From Antedon mediterranea (taxonomy: Eukaryota; Animalia; Echinodermata), in NCBI RefSeq assembly GCF_964355755.1, contig NC_092674.1, forward strand, positions 26,164,001 to 26,228,000: DNA of 64,000 bases, given 5' to 3'. Below the pieces are notes generated by a model that had not been told where the DNA came from, did no database searches, and worked only from the letters and a program-made list of their open reading frames with translations. Below, piece by piece: positions 41,535-53,516 of this stretch; position 1 is the stretch's first letter, and each line of letters begins with the position of its first letter. The translations under genes were made by a program, and so were the position numbers.

Positions 41535-42660
41535 ATTCATTTATTTATTTATAAACACTTAAAAAAATAAAACATACATTTAACTTAACTGGTAACAATA
41601 AATAAGCACTGTTTCAGGGATCGGAAAAAGAAGTAAAAGAACTTGTCAAATACCAACCCCTAAACAAAACAAACTAACAAAAAAGCAACTGCATGACAAA
41701 TCTATAAATAAATAATCATAAAAAAATCATAAAAAAATCATAAATGTTTTAGATATTTCATTTAACAAATAAAAATCTAATCACGGCTCATTATGATTGT
41801 ATTTGGAAAAATATGTTTTGTTTACATATTTTTAAAGATTGCTTAAGCAGTCTTCTTTGGACCCACACTCGCGTAGACATTTTTCCGAATACAGAATACA
41901 CGTCTTTTTGAAAACTCAACGAGATGAGAACAACGTTGATGAGCAGCTCATTTAAAAGTTACAAGGCTACTATGATTCACAAGAATTAGCTAAAACCAGG
42001 TGTAATTTAATATAATAATATTGGTCTTTCAAATATGTACCTTACAATTTTTGATAAAACTTATACATTTCCTCCTAATAAATACCTTTGGAAATAGTGT
42101 ATGCCATAAAAGTTATTTCATTCGCCGATCATCAGCAAACCAGAAGTTATACGTACATATAGCTAACAGTTTATCAAAGTTTATCAACAAACTAATGTTT
42201 GGTGTAGACTATCTAACTTCAAATTATGGTTTTACGGTTTGCAGTTTTTCAACTGTCAACACTAATTTCCACAATTGGTGTTTGCTTTATAAATGTAGAC
42301 CAATTCACATGTTGACATCGGAAAGTTGACTTCGTCCACAGAAGTCTAAACTAGCAAACTTTTGTAGTTTCTCCAAACTCAAGTTTACTAACAACAATTT
42401 GGTAAAGATTGCTAATGCAGTGTGTATAGACCTAGGTTTCTGCAATTTTCCAGTTCATCAACTATAGTCAAACAAACTTTGGAAAACCTTTCGTTTCAAA
42501 CTAGCAGTTTGTTCGAGCACGAAATGTATAACACAATAACAAATCTAATTCAAAATCTCATCATTTTTTGGGTTTTTTCTTTAGCAAATTGGAATACAAT
42601 ACTCATGAAAGACGATGAAATCACTATAATTTTGGATCCATCAGCCAGGTTCTGCTAGAT
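41535..42660 (-). mobile_element. Decayed LINE (CR1/L2-type) 3' portion
   Basis: (TAAA)n-like tail on the minus strand at ~41540. The minus-strand remnant peptide EYCIPI* near 42582-42604 resembles the LEYC.P.W motif of RT C-terminal regions. No intact ORF. Confidence 0.4.
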
Positions 42661-42812
42661 TCAGGTTAGGGAATTTTATTACATTATCAATAATTACATG
42701 GAACAACCTATGTAGTAGTTATATCTACCTCAATGTTTTAGATGTATATGGACGTCGTAGTAAGTACTTTACTCAAATTTTAGGATCCAAATGAATTATT
42801 ATTTCAAGAAGG

Positions 42813-44295
42813 TTACATGTATTTAAAGTATTGTTGGAATTCCTATCTTCAATACTAACACCAGCTTGTTGATTAGCAAGACTTATCTCCTGTTCCTTAA
42901 TGGCATCGAAACACTTGGTGAAATCTTCACCGTAAGCATTCCGAATAACCTTGTCTTTTAAGAACGCATCCCATTTGCGTACGTTCTCGATACCAACACC
43001 AGCTTGTTGATTTGTTAGCCTTATTTCATGTTTTTTAATGGCAACGAAACACTTGGTGAAATCTTCACCGAATGCACTCCGAATGACCTCGTCTTTTAAG
43101 AATGCTTCAATCGCGTTTTCCATGGTTATTGGTATCTCTTGCGTAGATGCAGGAATGTCATCCTTCACGTATGCACATCCTGTGATATCATCCGGGAGCG
43201 GTAGTTTATTTTTGACACCATCCATTCCTGCAGCAATTGTGGCAGCTAGTACCAAGTACGGATTTGAACCTGCACCTCCCATACGATTCTCAATGTATGT
43301 ACCGCTTTCTCCATTGACCTTCAAGCGGAATGCGCATGACCTGCTGTCAAAACCCCAAGTAGCATTTATTGGCGCGAACGTGTAAGGTGTGTATTGCTTT
43401 CTATAGTTTGTGGTAGGTCCCATAAAAAGACTCAATGCTGGTGTGTGATGGATCAACCCTGCTAACCAGTGCTTCGTAACATCGGATAGGCCATCAGACG
43501 AGTTGGCATCAAATGAAACATCTTTTTTCCCAGCTGCATCCCATAACGAATGATTATAATGACACGAGGAACCACTTTTACCCAAATATGGTTTACTCAT
43601 AAAGGAGGCTGTCAAACCATGTTACTTTGCGATCTCTTTAACAGAACATTTGTGGGTAAAAGCGTCATCCGCAGCTTTGATTCCAAACGATGGTTTGTAC
43701 GTTATCTCGTGGTGTCCAGGTCCTTTTTCATTTTCCAGACATTCAAGATGAATGCCAACTTTAGGCAGATCTCTGACTAATTGATGGATAAATGGAGCAT
43801 ATTCGTACATTATAAGAGTCGATCTTAAGTTACAATCATTCGTCACTGGCTTCATTGTGGCTGCATCAACGACATAAAATTCATATTCATGAGATGAAAA
43901 CAGACTATAACCAAACTGCTTCAGTTTTTCTACTTGTTTTCTGGCAAGAGTTCTTGGATGTGCAGTCACTTCTTTTCCTTCAAACGTTGGTTCTGTCAAG
44001 ACTCTAGCAGTATTATCCCACCACGGGATCACTCTAAAAGTGTCAAGATCTGGAAACATAACCGCATCTGGGTAGTTTCGGTACTTGCCTTCGTTGTAGC
44101 CCGATCCTTCGACTATATTGGCCAAGGAATCCATCCCTAGATATCCCAGACGGAAGCATAGACCTTTCTCTGCCGTCGACTTAAAGTGAGTGGCTGGAAT
44201 TAATTTGGATCAAGAGATACCGAACATACCAGATTTTTTTCGAAACGAACAATCTCTATTTTCTCCTTTTCAAGTTGATGTAAAATTTCTTCTAG
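42813..44295 (-). pseudogene. GS-like copy 2, disrupted chimeric pseudogene
   Basis: Start ATG replaced by CTA (44293-44295); +2 frameshift in the A-run at ~44234-44240; CGA>TGA at 44210-44212; CAA>TAA at 43622-43624; duplicated and frameshifted C-terminal segment at 42813-42970. Confidence 0.9.
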
Positions 44296-44919
44296 TTTAC
44301 CAATCTATTAAGGGAGATAAGAACCAATCATGAATATAAACATTATTGTCTTTAACATAACCATAACATTGTAAGACATTTTGTTTTATCAATTCAAATT
44401 AAATTCAACTACAGGCGCTGTCTAAACTTAAAGAAATCTGGAAGTGAACTACTATCTAGGCGGATTCAGAGAACAAGGAACTCTAAATGTTGGCACCATT
44501 CAATACAAAGGATATGATTAAGAGTTAGTTAGGTTCAGCACATCATTATTTATTCATTTATTTATTTCAGTGATGCATAATAAAGGAGCACTGGGGAAAG
44601 ACATTAAGAACGGTTAAAGCTAGACAACAATCGCCAATTTTTAGGGTCTGGACCACGCTGCGTGATTTGATCGGATCCGAGAGAGACAACCAATATTCAT
44701 ACACATACCTCAATCTATAAAAATAGTTATACATTTCAAAAACAAAATCATGAAAATAAACAAATATGCCTACAGTACATGTACTGACTTAAAGTTGTCA
44801 TAGCAATGAGCAGGCCCTTTTTAAATCGAATGTATCGTCACGATACGTCACGGTCCGGTTTGCCGAAGAAAAAGTCTGACTTGATTAGAAGTTACCTATA
44901 ATAACAATTTGTATGCTCC

Positions 44920-46020
44920 TAATGTCATGTTATTGAAAACACCTAATATAATACTGTAACATACATGTCTGAACAACACCCCTGGATGACTTGTTTTGAT
45001 ATATTCTTGTCTGGCTGACTGCCCTGGATGGTGTCTGTTTATAGGCATCATATATACCTTTTTAAGATGACAATAGTTCAAATACATGTAGCATGTCAAT
45101 ATAATCTGTATGTATTGGTATTTGTTTAACATATATATTTTTCTATATTTGCAATATTTTATATCGTATACATGTCAATTTAATCTATAGGTATGTGTAT
45201 TTGTTCAATATATATACTTCTATATATTTTTATATATTTGCAATATGTTATACCGTAAATACAAATTGTAAGTAGTAGTTGTACTAAGATGACATCGGGT
45301 ATGAAGCGTCTCACATACACACAGAGCCAAAATTGCATCTTGGACTTGCACAGTGTATGGACTCTAACCTTACGGTTTCCATTAAATATACCATTTCATG
45401 CTATCATTCTAAATAACTAACTTTCAACCTATTGCATTCCTCTTTTTTTCATTCCATCCATCTTATCTTGGTGAAAAGGGAGGATACTACATTTTCCTCC
45501 CCTGAGTTTATAGCCTCTCTACTCGAACACAAATAAGAACACAAATAAGATAGTTTAACAAGAAAATTTTAATCATGTATTTTACCGCCATTTTTCATTT
45601 CTACATTTTAATTAACATCGTATCTAAAATTTTAAATGAGAAAATATATGGTTAATACTGAATTCTGGCATCTTATTATGTAAATATACCGGTATTTTAA
45701 CTACTCTAAACACTTACTTTTAATTGTCACAAATGTACTTATATGTATATAAATGAGAATTTAAATAAACGTGAGAAGAACTCACACAAGACAAAAAAAA
45801 AACACTCTCACTTTGACTCTCACTCAGGAGAGACTGCAGAGAAAGAACCAGGAGATAGACAATAAATACCAGATCACTTATGATTGTCTAAGTCTAATGT
45901 TATTATTAATACTAATAGTCTGCAGCCAGACAAGAATATGTCAAAACAAGTCATCCAGGGGTGTTGTTCAGACATGTATGTTACAGTATTATATTAGGTG
46001 TTTTCAATAACATGACACTA
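44920..46020. mobile_element. Non-autonomous element with ~100-bp terminal inverted repeats
   Basis: 44920-45018 (TGTCATGTTATTGAAAACACCTAATATAATACTGTAACATACATG...) is the reverse complement of ~45920-46020. Confidence 0.75.
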
Positions 46021-46408
46021 ATTCAATTACACAGTTCAGTACATAACACAAGTATTGTATTACTACTCCAGGCCCGTAGCCAGGGGGGTACCTCCCTTTA
46101 CAGCGAACCCCCCCCCCCTCCCCCTTAACTGACTGCGAACCCCCATCCCCGACATCCCCAATACCTCACCACACCCTCATCTCTGAAAATCCTCCAAATA
46201 CGTGCCCCACAATACAAAAGGTTGTTTGTAAATTGAAAAATTCGTAAACTCGTTCGTGAATAACTCATACCTTATTGTTAAACAAATGAATTGGTTGCCG
46301 ATTTTCACCTGTAAAATAATACGAATTTTTGGTCCCAGGATGTAACATGATATTGACGCGAGCTGCTTGGGCACGAACGAATCGTACAAAGAACACCGCT
46401 AGACAACC

Positions 46409-47616
46409 GGGTGTCACGAAACCTAAGACCACGAAAGCGAAGACCCCCTAAGACCTAAGATCACGAAAGCTAAGACCCAAGACCTAAGATTACAAATATT
46501 TATCTTTCGCACCTGCCTTGTATTTTAACTCCCAACATTTATTCTGAATACCACACCTTAGAATTGGCACTTTCATGAAAAAGAATCACATAAAAAGTAA
46601 CAAATACATTTTTAAATTGATGATTTTACAGACGTTTTTCTCGCACACAAAATGACTAGCCTACAGTACTACAGTAGGCCTACCCCATGTTCAATGTTTT
46701 TGTTTCTATGGAACGTCAAAAGAGCAAAAATTATATAGAGGGCTGAAAACTCTGTGGAGTCCATCTACAGTGTGGATGGAACAATGTAAAATTAAAATTG
46801 TAATGATAATAGCATAATCATGCAAGTACGAAGAAATAAATACTGGCAAATAAATTTTAATTTAAAAATCATGATAAGTTTTTTTGTTTCGTTTTCTTTC
46901 TGTTTTTATGCTTGTACTATTATTGTTGCTCTTTTGGCGCTCCATAGAAACAAAAACATTGAGCATGGCAGGTGGGAGCTCGAGGAGTTACATTACAGTA
47001 TACAAAGAAATACATCTGTAAAATCATCAATTTAAAGGATTTATTTATTTGTTATTATGTGTTTCTCCTTCTGAAAGTACTTATAAGTCCTAATTTTAAA
47101 GTGTGGTTTTCAGGATAAAGTTAGTCAACAAATTTGGAGTCAAAATACAAGAAAGGCAGGTCAATCAGGGGAAAAATGGCAAAAGGTTTCCTACTTTCTA
47201 GGATTTTTATCAGATAATCTATATTGTTTTGACTACTCTTGTAACATGACCACAGTGCTGATTTTGCCATTTTCCCCTGACTGAGGTGCGTAAGAAAAAC
47301 ATCCTCTGAACCAACACAATGGAGTAAATATATACCAACAAACAACCCGTCAAGTTTGTTTGTTGTAAAGAAAAAATATACATTTACTCAACGGGCGAAA
47401 ATAATGTGAGTTTATCTATGTTTTGCGGTAGTATTAAATTATATTTATGGTAATAAATGAAACCTACTGTGTTTAAAATTATGTATGGATAAACAAGTAT
47501 TGTTTTTAAGCTGTAGTATATCTTAGTATTTGTAATCTTAGGTGTTGGGTCTTAGCTTTCGTGATCTTAGGTCTTAGGGGGTCTGAGCTTTCGTGGTCTT
47601 AGGTTTCGTGACACCC
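46409..47616. mobile_element. MULE/Mutator-like non-autonomous element with 10-bp TSD
   Basis: ~90-bp TIRs starting GGGTGTCACGAAACCTAAGACCACGAAAGC. CTAGACAACC at 46399-46408 and 47617-47626. Further internal inverted homology (46685-46730 versus 46925-46970). Confidence 0.85.
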
Positions 47617-47969
47617 CTAGACAACCGCGTACCTATTGTTTCGATCACTGGCAGTCAGCATGCATAAAGTATAATAGCCTTCCGACGTACATCAAAAAAT
47701 GGAACGCTGCGGTTACCTACAATATTTATGTGTGGCTATGAAGTATAGTGTATCATCATCATAGAGGATTATAGTGAATTTAATATTTTACACTATAATA
47801 TCTATGGTATCATGTACTGTAGTTTACATTAGGCATATAGCATTCGATTATTTTTTTCTAGACCACCAGCCGATACGTAGGCCTACTCAACTGTATCAAT
47901 ACCACCTATTTACATTGATATATTTAGTTTCCTCAACAAATTGCTGTAAATAAATATAGATAGAGCTAT

Positions 47970-49583
47970 CAGGGACGGTCGCAGGACTATTTTAAGAGGG
48001 TTGCCCAAAGACTCCAGGGCTGTAGACACTGAGTATTTGAGCAAGCAAATTGTTAAATGACACCCCTAGGTGGCCGCAAATAGTACTCTCACACGTAAAT
48101 TTATGATAATTTTTTTTCGTTCAATGCGAACGTCACGGGGAAGTCTCCGATTAAGGTACTTTTGGTACGGTAATACATTCTAATAACTGTACTCAATTAA
48201 TGTAAATTAATTATCAATTAATAATTTTAAAAAGTTGTACAAAAAATATGAAGCTGTTGCTATAAATATATTGAGCAAAAGGTTAAATTGTATAATTTGG
48301 AATTTTAATTCATTTAAAAATGCTAAATAAAGTCAGATGTTAAAACCACGATTTCCAAAAATTCATTTTTATTTATCCACTATAAACTTTACAAAAGTGT
48401 TTTTTTAAACCACACTCCAAATAAAACAAAGAAAATAATGATAGGACATTTGCAGAAAGAAGCAAACTTGCTCTGTTACCGGTATAACACGGTTCAAATT
48501 TTGGAACGTCTATATAAATTACTACGGAAATTCGGCCTATTTACGAACGTACGGAAATGAAGATAAATAGGGTACTACTGTACACGCATCGGAAATACAA
48601 CACTATACGCACAATTATGATTTGGCCTAAAAATTGGACTTAGATTATGGAAAACCCCCGGCAAAACGCAATAATTATGGACAAATCGATTATTAGCCTT
48701 TGGCAATATGCCTAATATTTAAAAGGAATGAATATAGGCTATATTTCGTTTGTCGATGAATTTTTGAATTCATGTGTGAATGATTGATCCATTAGAGGTA
48801 ATCTGTGATGGCTCAAGTAACACTGCTATGCGTGAGTAATTTGTGAATAACGTAGTATGCTACATACACGAGCAAGATATGTACTGTCGTTCATTGCGAG
48901 AGGAGGGGGAAGTCCGGTAATGTGTCATGAAAAATGTAACAAGTCAGAGATGAAATAAAATTACTAACATTTAGCTGATTATCGTTGTTTTAGTCGTCGT
49001 CAGAAGTTTATCGATCGACATCTATTTCTCAAGTGTAGTAGAGCGTTTCTTTGATTGAATAATTTTGTTTGTATTATAACACAAGTTCATTTTGGATTTT
49101 CAGTAAATTACCAATGGTTTATTCAAAGTCAAACTGTAACTAATCCCTCACTATTCAATCAAAATGTTATTATTATACTACTATATTGTTGAAAAATGGA
49201 TTGCGTGACATGAAAATAGATTGATAGTAAAATGTAATAAAGATACGTTCTTATCTGGTTATTAGGTATGCATGCTCTGATAAAGCAGAGGATTATTTTG
49301 TAGCGTTCCATTTAAAATAAATTTTATTACAAAGAAATATTTTGGTTGTGAAGGTCGTTTTAACAATTAGGCTAATATCAAAACATTCAACAATGATAAA
49401 ACGCCCTGCAACTCTGTAACTACTTTATGACTAAGCCTATCAAGTTCCGGCGGTCCGGATGGATATTGTAGGCCTATACGATGAAATGGAACTCAATTTC
49501 AATTTAGTGGCAGAAACAACATTTAGTATGAAATTAAGGCTGTTGCCCGGGCCACAAGGGAAACACTCCTGGGTCCGCCCCTG
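47970..49583. mobile_element. Second hAT-like element with 5-bp TSD (GCTAT), nested
   Basis: TIR CAGGGACGGTCGCAGG versus reverse complement CAGGGGCGGACCCAGG. GCTAT at 47965-47969 and 49584-49588. Confidence 0.65.
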
Positions 49584-51089
49584 GCTATAATAAGCATTGA
49601 ATTTTCCTTCTCACCCAAATTGTGCTTTTGGGGGGGGGGGGGGGCTTGTAACTTGAACGCAAAACAAAATACCGAGTGAATGATCAAACAATCGGCGGTG
49701 GTTCCGCACACAGAGCACACGCGCATCTAACATACGGCAAACAAATAGTCCACGTGTGTGAGGAGGAGGAAAAAAGAACGATCGTTTTGTTCAATGGTAG
49801 CATGCTGCATGAGAGTGTTTTTTCCGGCCAATTAGAGGTGCCATTTATCATGAATGTTATGTGCGAGAGTATCATTTCCGGCCATCAAGAGGTGTCATTT
49901 AACAAAATTCGCCTTGGGACAGTGACCCAAATACTTAGTGTCCGAACCCCCCCCCCCCCCTTGACAGATCCTGGCTACGGCCCTGTACTCATTCTAGATA
50001 TAGGCCTACGTTAACTCAAAAGTTAAAAGAAATAGTGTACAGACCATTGAGCAATATTTACGAATGTGTCCAAACGACTGTCGACTGATCAAGCCACAAC
50101 TAAAGAGCTTCATGTTTGTTGAGATGAGCGACTAAAAACGGACGTTGTCCAAATAACTTCCTTTGTAAATAATAACAGTTTGTCTTGCTTCCCGACGGCT
50201 AAAATAACTTTTTTTTCCCGGCAGGTATTAGAATGCCTTGTTCTGGATTCACAGGTTCACAAACTTTTATCACGGTCATCATAAAACCGAATAACAGTAA
50301 ATTTCAGAATTTATTAATATATTCAAAATCAAGAAAATAAAATCTGATGAACAAAACTTGGAAAATGCATGGATTAAGCTTAATCCATGGAATATGCTAT
50401 TAATTCGTCAATGAGGTATGAGAGGTCTAACTGTATGCTATTATAGCTGATCGGTACTTATTTTTTACATTTTCTCTACAGCTCACTATGCCGGTCGGTT
50501 CGTCGGTCGGTCGGCAAACACTAACTCAAATTTTTGCACGCGACTGCAGCCATGTATATGGCCTTGTTTTCAGTTTCATGACAAATTCTGTAATAAAATG
50601 TCTTACCACATTAGACACCTGTATCATAGACAAAAATAATACATACGCCGATTATACATTAGACACCTCAGGCAAAAATAATACATGCACCGATAGGCGT
50701 CATATGTGTCACTGTATATAGAATTTGCCTGATACTGTGCAAAATGTGGAGATACACCATAGTACCATGGAGAAATAAGATTTCTCCATGGTAGTTCAGA
50801 GAATCGGCCGACATGTAATTTAATTAAATAAACTTGAGGTTATAAAAATATGGCATACAAAATATTTAAGGAGGCAAATTAATTTATTATGTAAATAAAA
50901 AATACTCTGAATTTAGCTTAAACTTGTGCAGTTATAATACAGTAGGCCTACCATTTAATTAAATAACTTAACTAGAAATATAGCATAAAATAATAAATGT
51001 AGACATTTAGAATAGCATTTTAGTAATGCAAATGTTGTATAGAATTATAATAATTGCCATATTATATTATTACACAGAACTAAATCACA

Positions 51090-51970
51090 TCTTATGTAAA
51101 CAAATATTTATCACAGCATCATTAATAATGTAAACAAATATATAGCAAAAAAATGTAGCATGAAATCATAATGTAAATGTAGCACAGATCCTAATAATGC
51201 AAAATATATATCATGACATCATAATGTACACAAAAAACATGTAACATGATATAATATAAACAATAAATGTAACATGATATAATGTAAACAATAAATGTAA
51301 CATGACATAATGTAAACAAAAATGTAGCATAAAATCATAATTTGAAAAAAATGTAGCATGAAATCATAATGTAAATGTAGCAGAGATCCTAATAATGTAA
51401 AAAAAAATATAACATGAAATCATAATGCAAACAAAACTTAACATGACATCATAATGTAACACAAATTTAGCATGAAATCATAATGTAAACAAAAATTTAG
51501 TATGAAATCATAATGTAAACAAAAATATAGCATGAAATCATAATGTAAACAAAAATGTAGCATGAAATCATAATGTAAAGGTAGCAGGGATCCTAATAAT
51601 GCAAAATATATAGCATGAAATCATAATGTAAACAAAAATGTAGCATGACATCATAATGCAACCAAAATATAGCATGACATAATGCAAACAAAATTTAGCA
51701 TGACATAATGTAATAAAAAAAATGACAATATGTAAAGAAAAATGTTTCATTACATCATTGTATAATAATTTAAACAAAATGTAGCATGAACAGTAGTATT
51801 ACTTACATTCTAATAAAACAAATGTAGCATAACATCATATTAAGTAAACAAAATAGAAATATATCTACAGTACTATCCGAATATGATCACAAGCCTCAAG
51901 TTTATCAACAAAAATGTAGCGCCATGTCAATCAAACACAAAATGTAAAAAATGTAGCAGAAATCATAATA
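51090..51970. repeat. ~30-bp degenerate minisatellite (AAAAATGTAGCATGAAATCATAATGTAAAC) downstream of GS-like copy 3
   Basis: Tandem units are visible, best conserved at 51470-51660. Confidence 0.85.
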
Positions 51971-52096
51971 TAGTATACTAGTCTAGAAATATAGGATAAA
52001 ATATTGAAAAAATATATCTATTTCATTTCAATCTTTTTATATTCAGCAAAATGGAATTATGAATAATTAAGTAACATAATCTATAGACTCAATATT

Positions 52097-53443
52097 TTAC
52101 ATGTATTTAAAGTACTGTTGGAATTCCCATTTGTGTACGTTCTCGATACCAACACCAGCTTGCTGATTGGCTAGCCTTATTTCATGTTCTTTAATAGCGA
52201 CGAAACACTTGGTGAATTCTTCACCGAAAGCATTCCGAATGACCTCATCGTTTAAGAACGCTTCAATCGCGGTTTCCATGGTTATCGGTATCTCTTGCGT
52301 AGATGCAGGAACATCATCCTTCACATATGCAGATCCTGCGACATCATTCGGGAGCGGTAGTTTATTTTTGACACCATCCATTCCTGCAACAATTGTGGCA
52401 GCTAGTACTAAATACGGATTTGAACCTGCACCTCCCATACGATTCTCGATGTACGTACCGCTTTCTCCATTGACCTTCACGCGGAATGCGCATGACCTGT
52501 TGTCAAAACCCCAAGTAGAATTAATTGGCGCGAACGTGTAAGGTGTGTATCTCTTTCTACAGTTTGTGGTAGGTCCCATAAAAAGACTCAGTGCTGGTGT
52601 GTGATGGATCAACCCTGCTAACCAGTGCTTCATAACATCGGATAGGCCATCAGACGAGTTGGCATCATATGAAACACCTTTTTTACACGCTACATCCCAT
52701 AACGAATGATTATAATGGCACGAAGAGCCACTTTTACCCCAATATGGTTTACTCATAAAGGAAGCCATTAAACCATGTTGCTTTGCGATCTCTTTAATTG
52801 AACATCTGTAAGTAAAAGCGTCATCTGCAGCTTTGATTCCAAACGATGGTTTGTACGTTATCTCGTGTTGTCCAGGTCCATATTCGTTTTCTAGACATTC
52901 AAGATCGATGCCAACTTTAGGCAGATCTCGAACTAATTGATGGATGAAGGGAGCACATTCATACATCCTAGTTGTCGATCGTATGTTATAATCATCAGTC
53001 ACTGGCTTCATTGTGGCTGCATCAACGACATAAAATTCATATTCATGAGATGAAAGCAGACTATAACCCAACTTCTTTAGTTCTTCTACTTGTTTCCTGG
53101 CAAGAGTTCTTGGATGTGCAGTCACTTCTTTTCCTTCAAATGTTGGTTCCGTCAAAACTCTAGCAGTATTATCCCACCACGGGATAACTCTAAAAGTGTC
53201 GAGTCCTGGAAACATAACGGCATCAGGGTAGCCCTTTTCTTCATTGTAGCCGGATCCTTTGACTACGTTGGCCAAGGAATCCATACCTAGATGCCCAAGA
53301 TAGAAGTTGAGACCCTTCTCTGCCTTTGACTTAAAGTGACGAGCTGCTATCATTTTTGAGCGAGATATACCAAACATATCGGTTTGTTCAAATCGAACTA
53401 TCTCAATTTGTTTATCTTCAATTTCTTTTAAAATATCTTCCAT
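52097..53443 (-). CDS. Class-I glutamine synthetase-like protein (lengsin family), copy 3, intact, intronless CDS, 448 aa
   Basis: Same GS motifs as copy 1 and collinear with it over the full length; differs mainly in the N-terminal ~75 aa. Confidence 0.92.
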   Translation of the reverse strand: MEDILKEIEDKQIEIVRFEQTDMFGISRSKMIAARHFKSKAEKGLNFYLGHLGMDSLANVVKGSGYNEEKGYPDAVMFPGLDTFRVIPWWDNTARVLTEPTFEGKEVTAHPRTLARKQVEELKKLGYSLLSSHEYEFYVVDAATMKPVTDDYNIRSTTRMYECAPFIHQLVRDLPKVGIDLECLENEYGPGQHEITYKPSFGIKAADDAFTYRCSIKEIAKQHGLMASFMSKPYWGKSGSSCHYNHSLWDVACKKGVSYDANSSDGLSDVMKHWLAGLIHHTPALSLFMGPTTNCRKRYTPYTFAPINSTWGFDNRSCAFRVKVNGESGTYIENRMGGAGSNPYLVLAATIVAGMDGVKNKLPLPNDVAGSAYVKDDVPASTQEIPITMETAIEAFLNDEVIRNAFGEEFTKCFVAIKEHEIRLANQQAGVGIENVHKWEFQQYFKYM

Positions 53444-53516
53444 CCTTACAATCTATTTAAAAACAATATTATACGGAGCGTTCAATGTTTTTTAATTTGG
53501 TGATATAGAAGATTAA

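Larger units (their letters stand above)
46069..49985. mobile_element. hAT-like non-autonomous element with 5-bp TSD (TACTC), hosting nested insertions
   Basis: TIR CAGGCCCGTAGCCAGG versus right-end reverse complement CAGGGCCGTAGCCAGG. TACTC at 46064-46068 and 49986-49990. Confidence 0.75.

Noticed and set aside
39369-53290. Recurrent plus-strand ORFs (MASLISCSL..., MFSGKSSW...) in each GS-like copy
   Set aside because: Antisense shadows of the GS-like coding sequences, repeated because the genes are paralogous.
39299-53443. Bacterial contamination or recent horizontal transfer of glnA-like genes
   Set aside because: The genes are embedded among animal transposons and intron-rich genes, have AT-rich codon usage and a shared splice acceptor, and lengsin-family GSI genes are known in animals. 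Ancient transfer cannot be judged without a tree.
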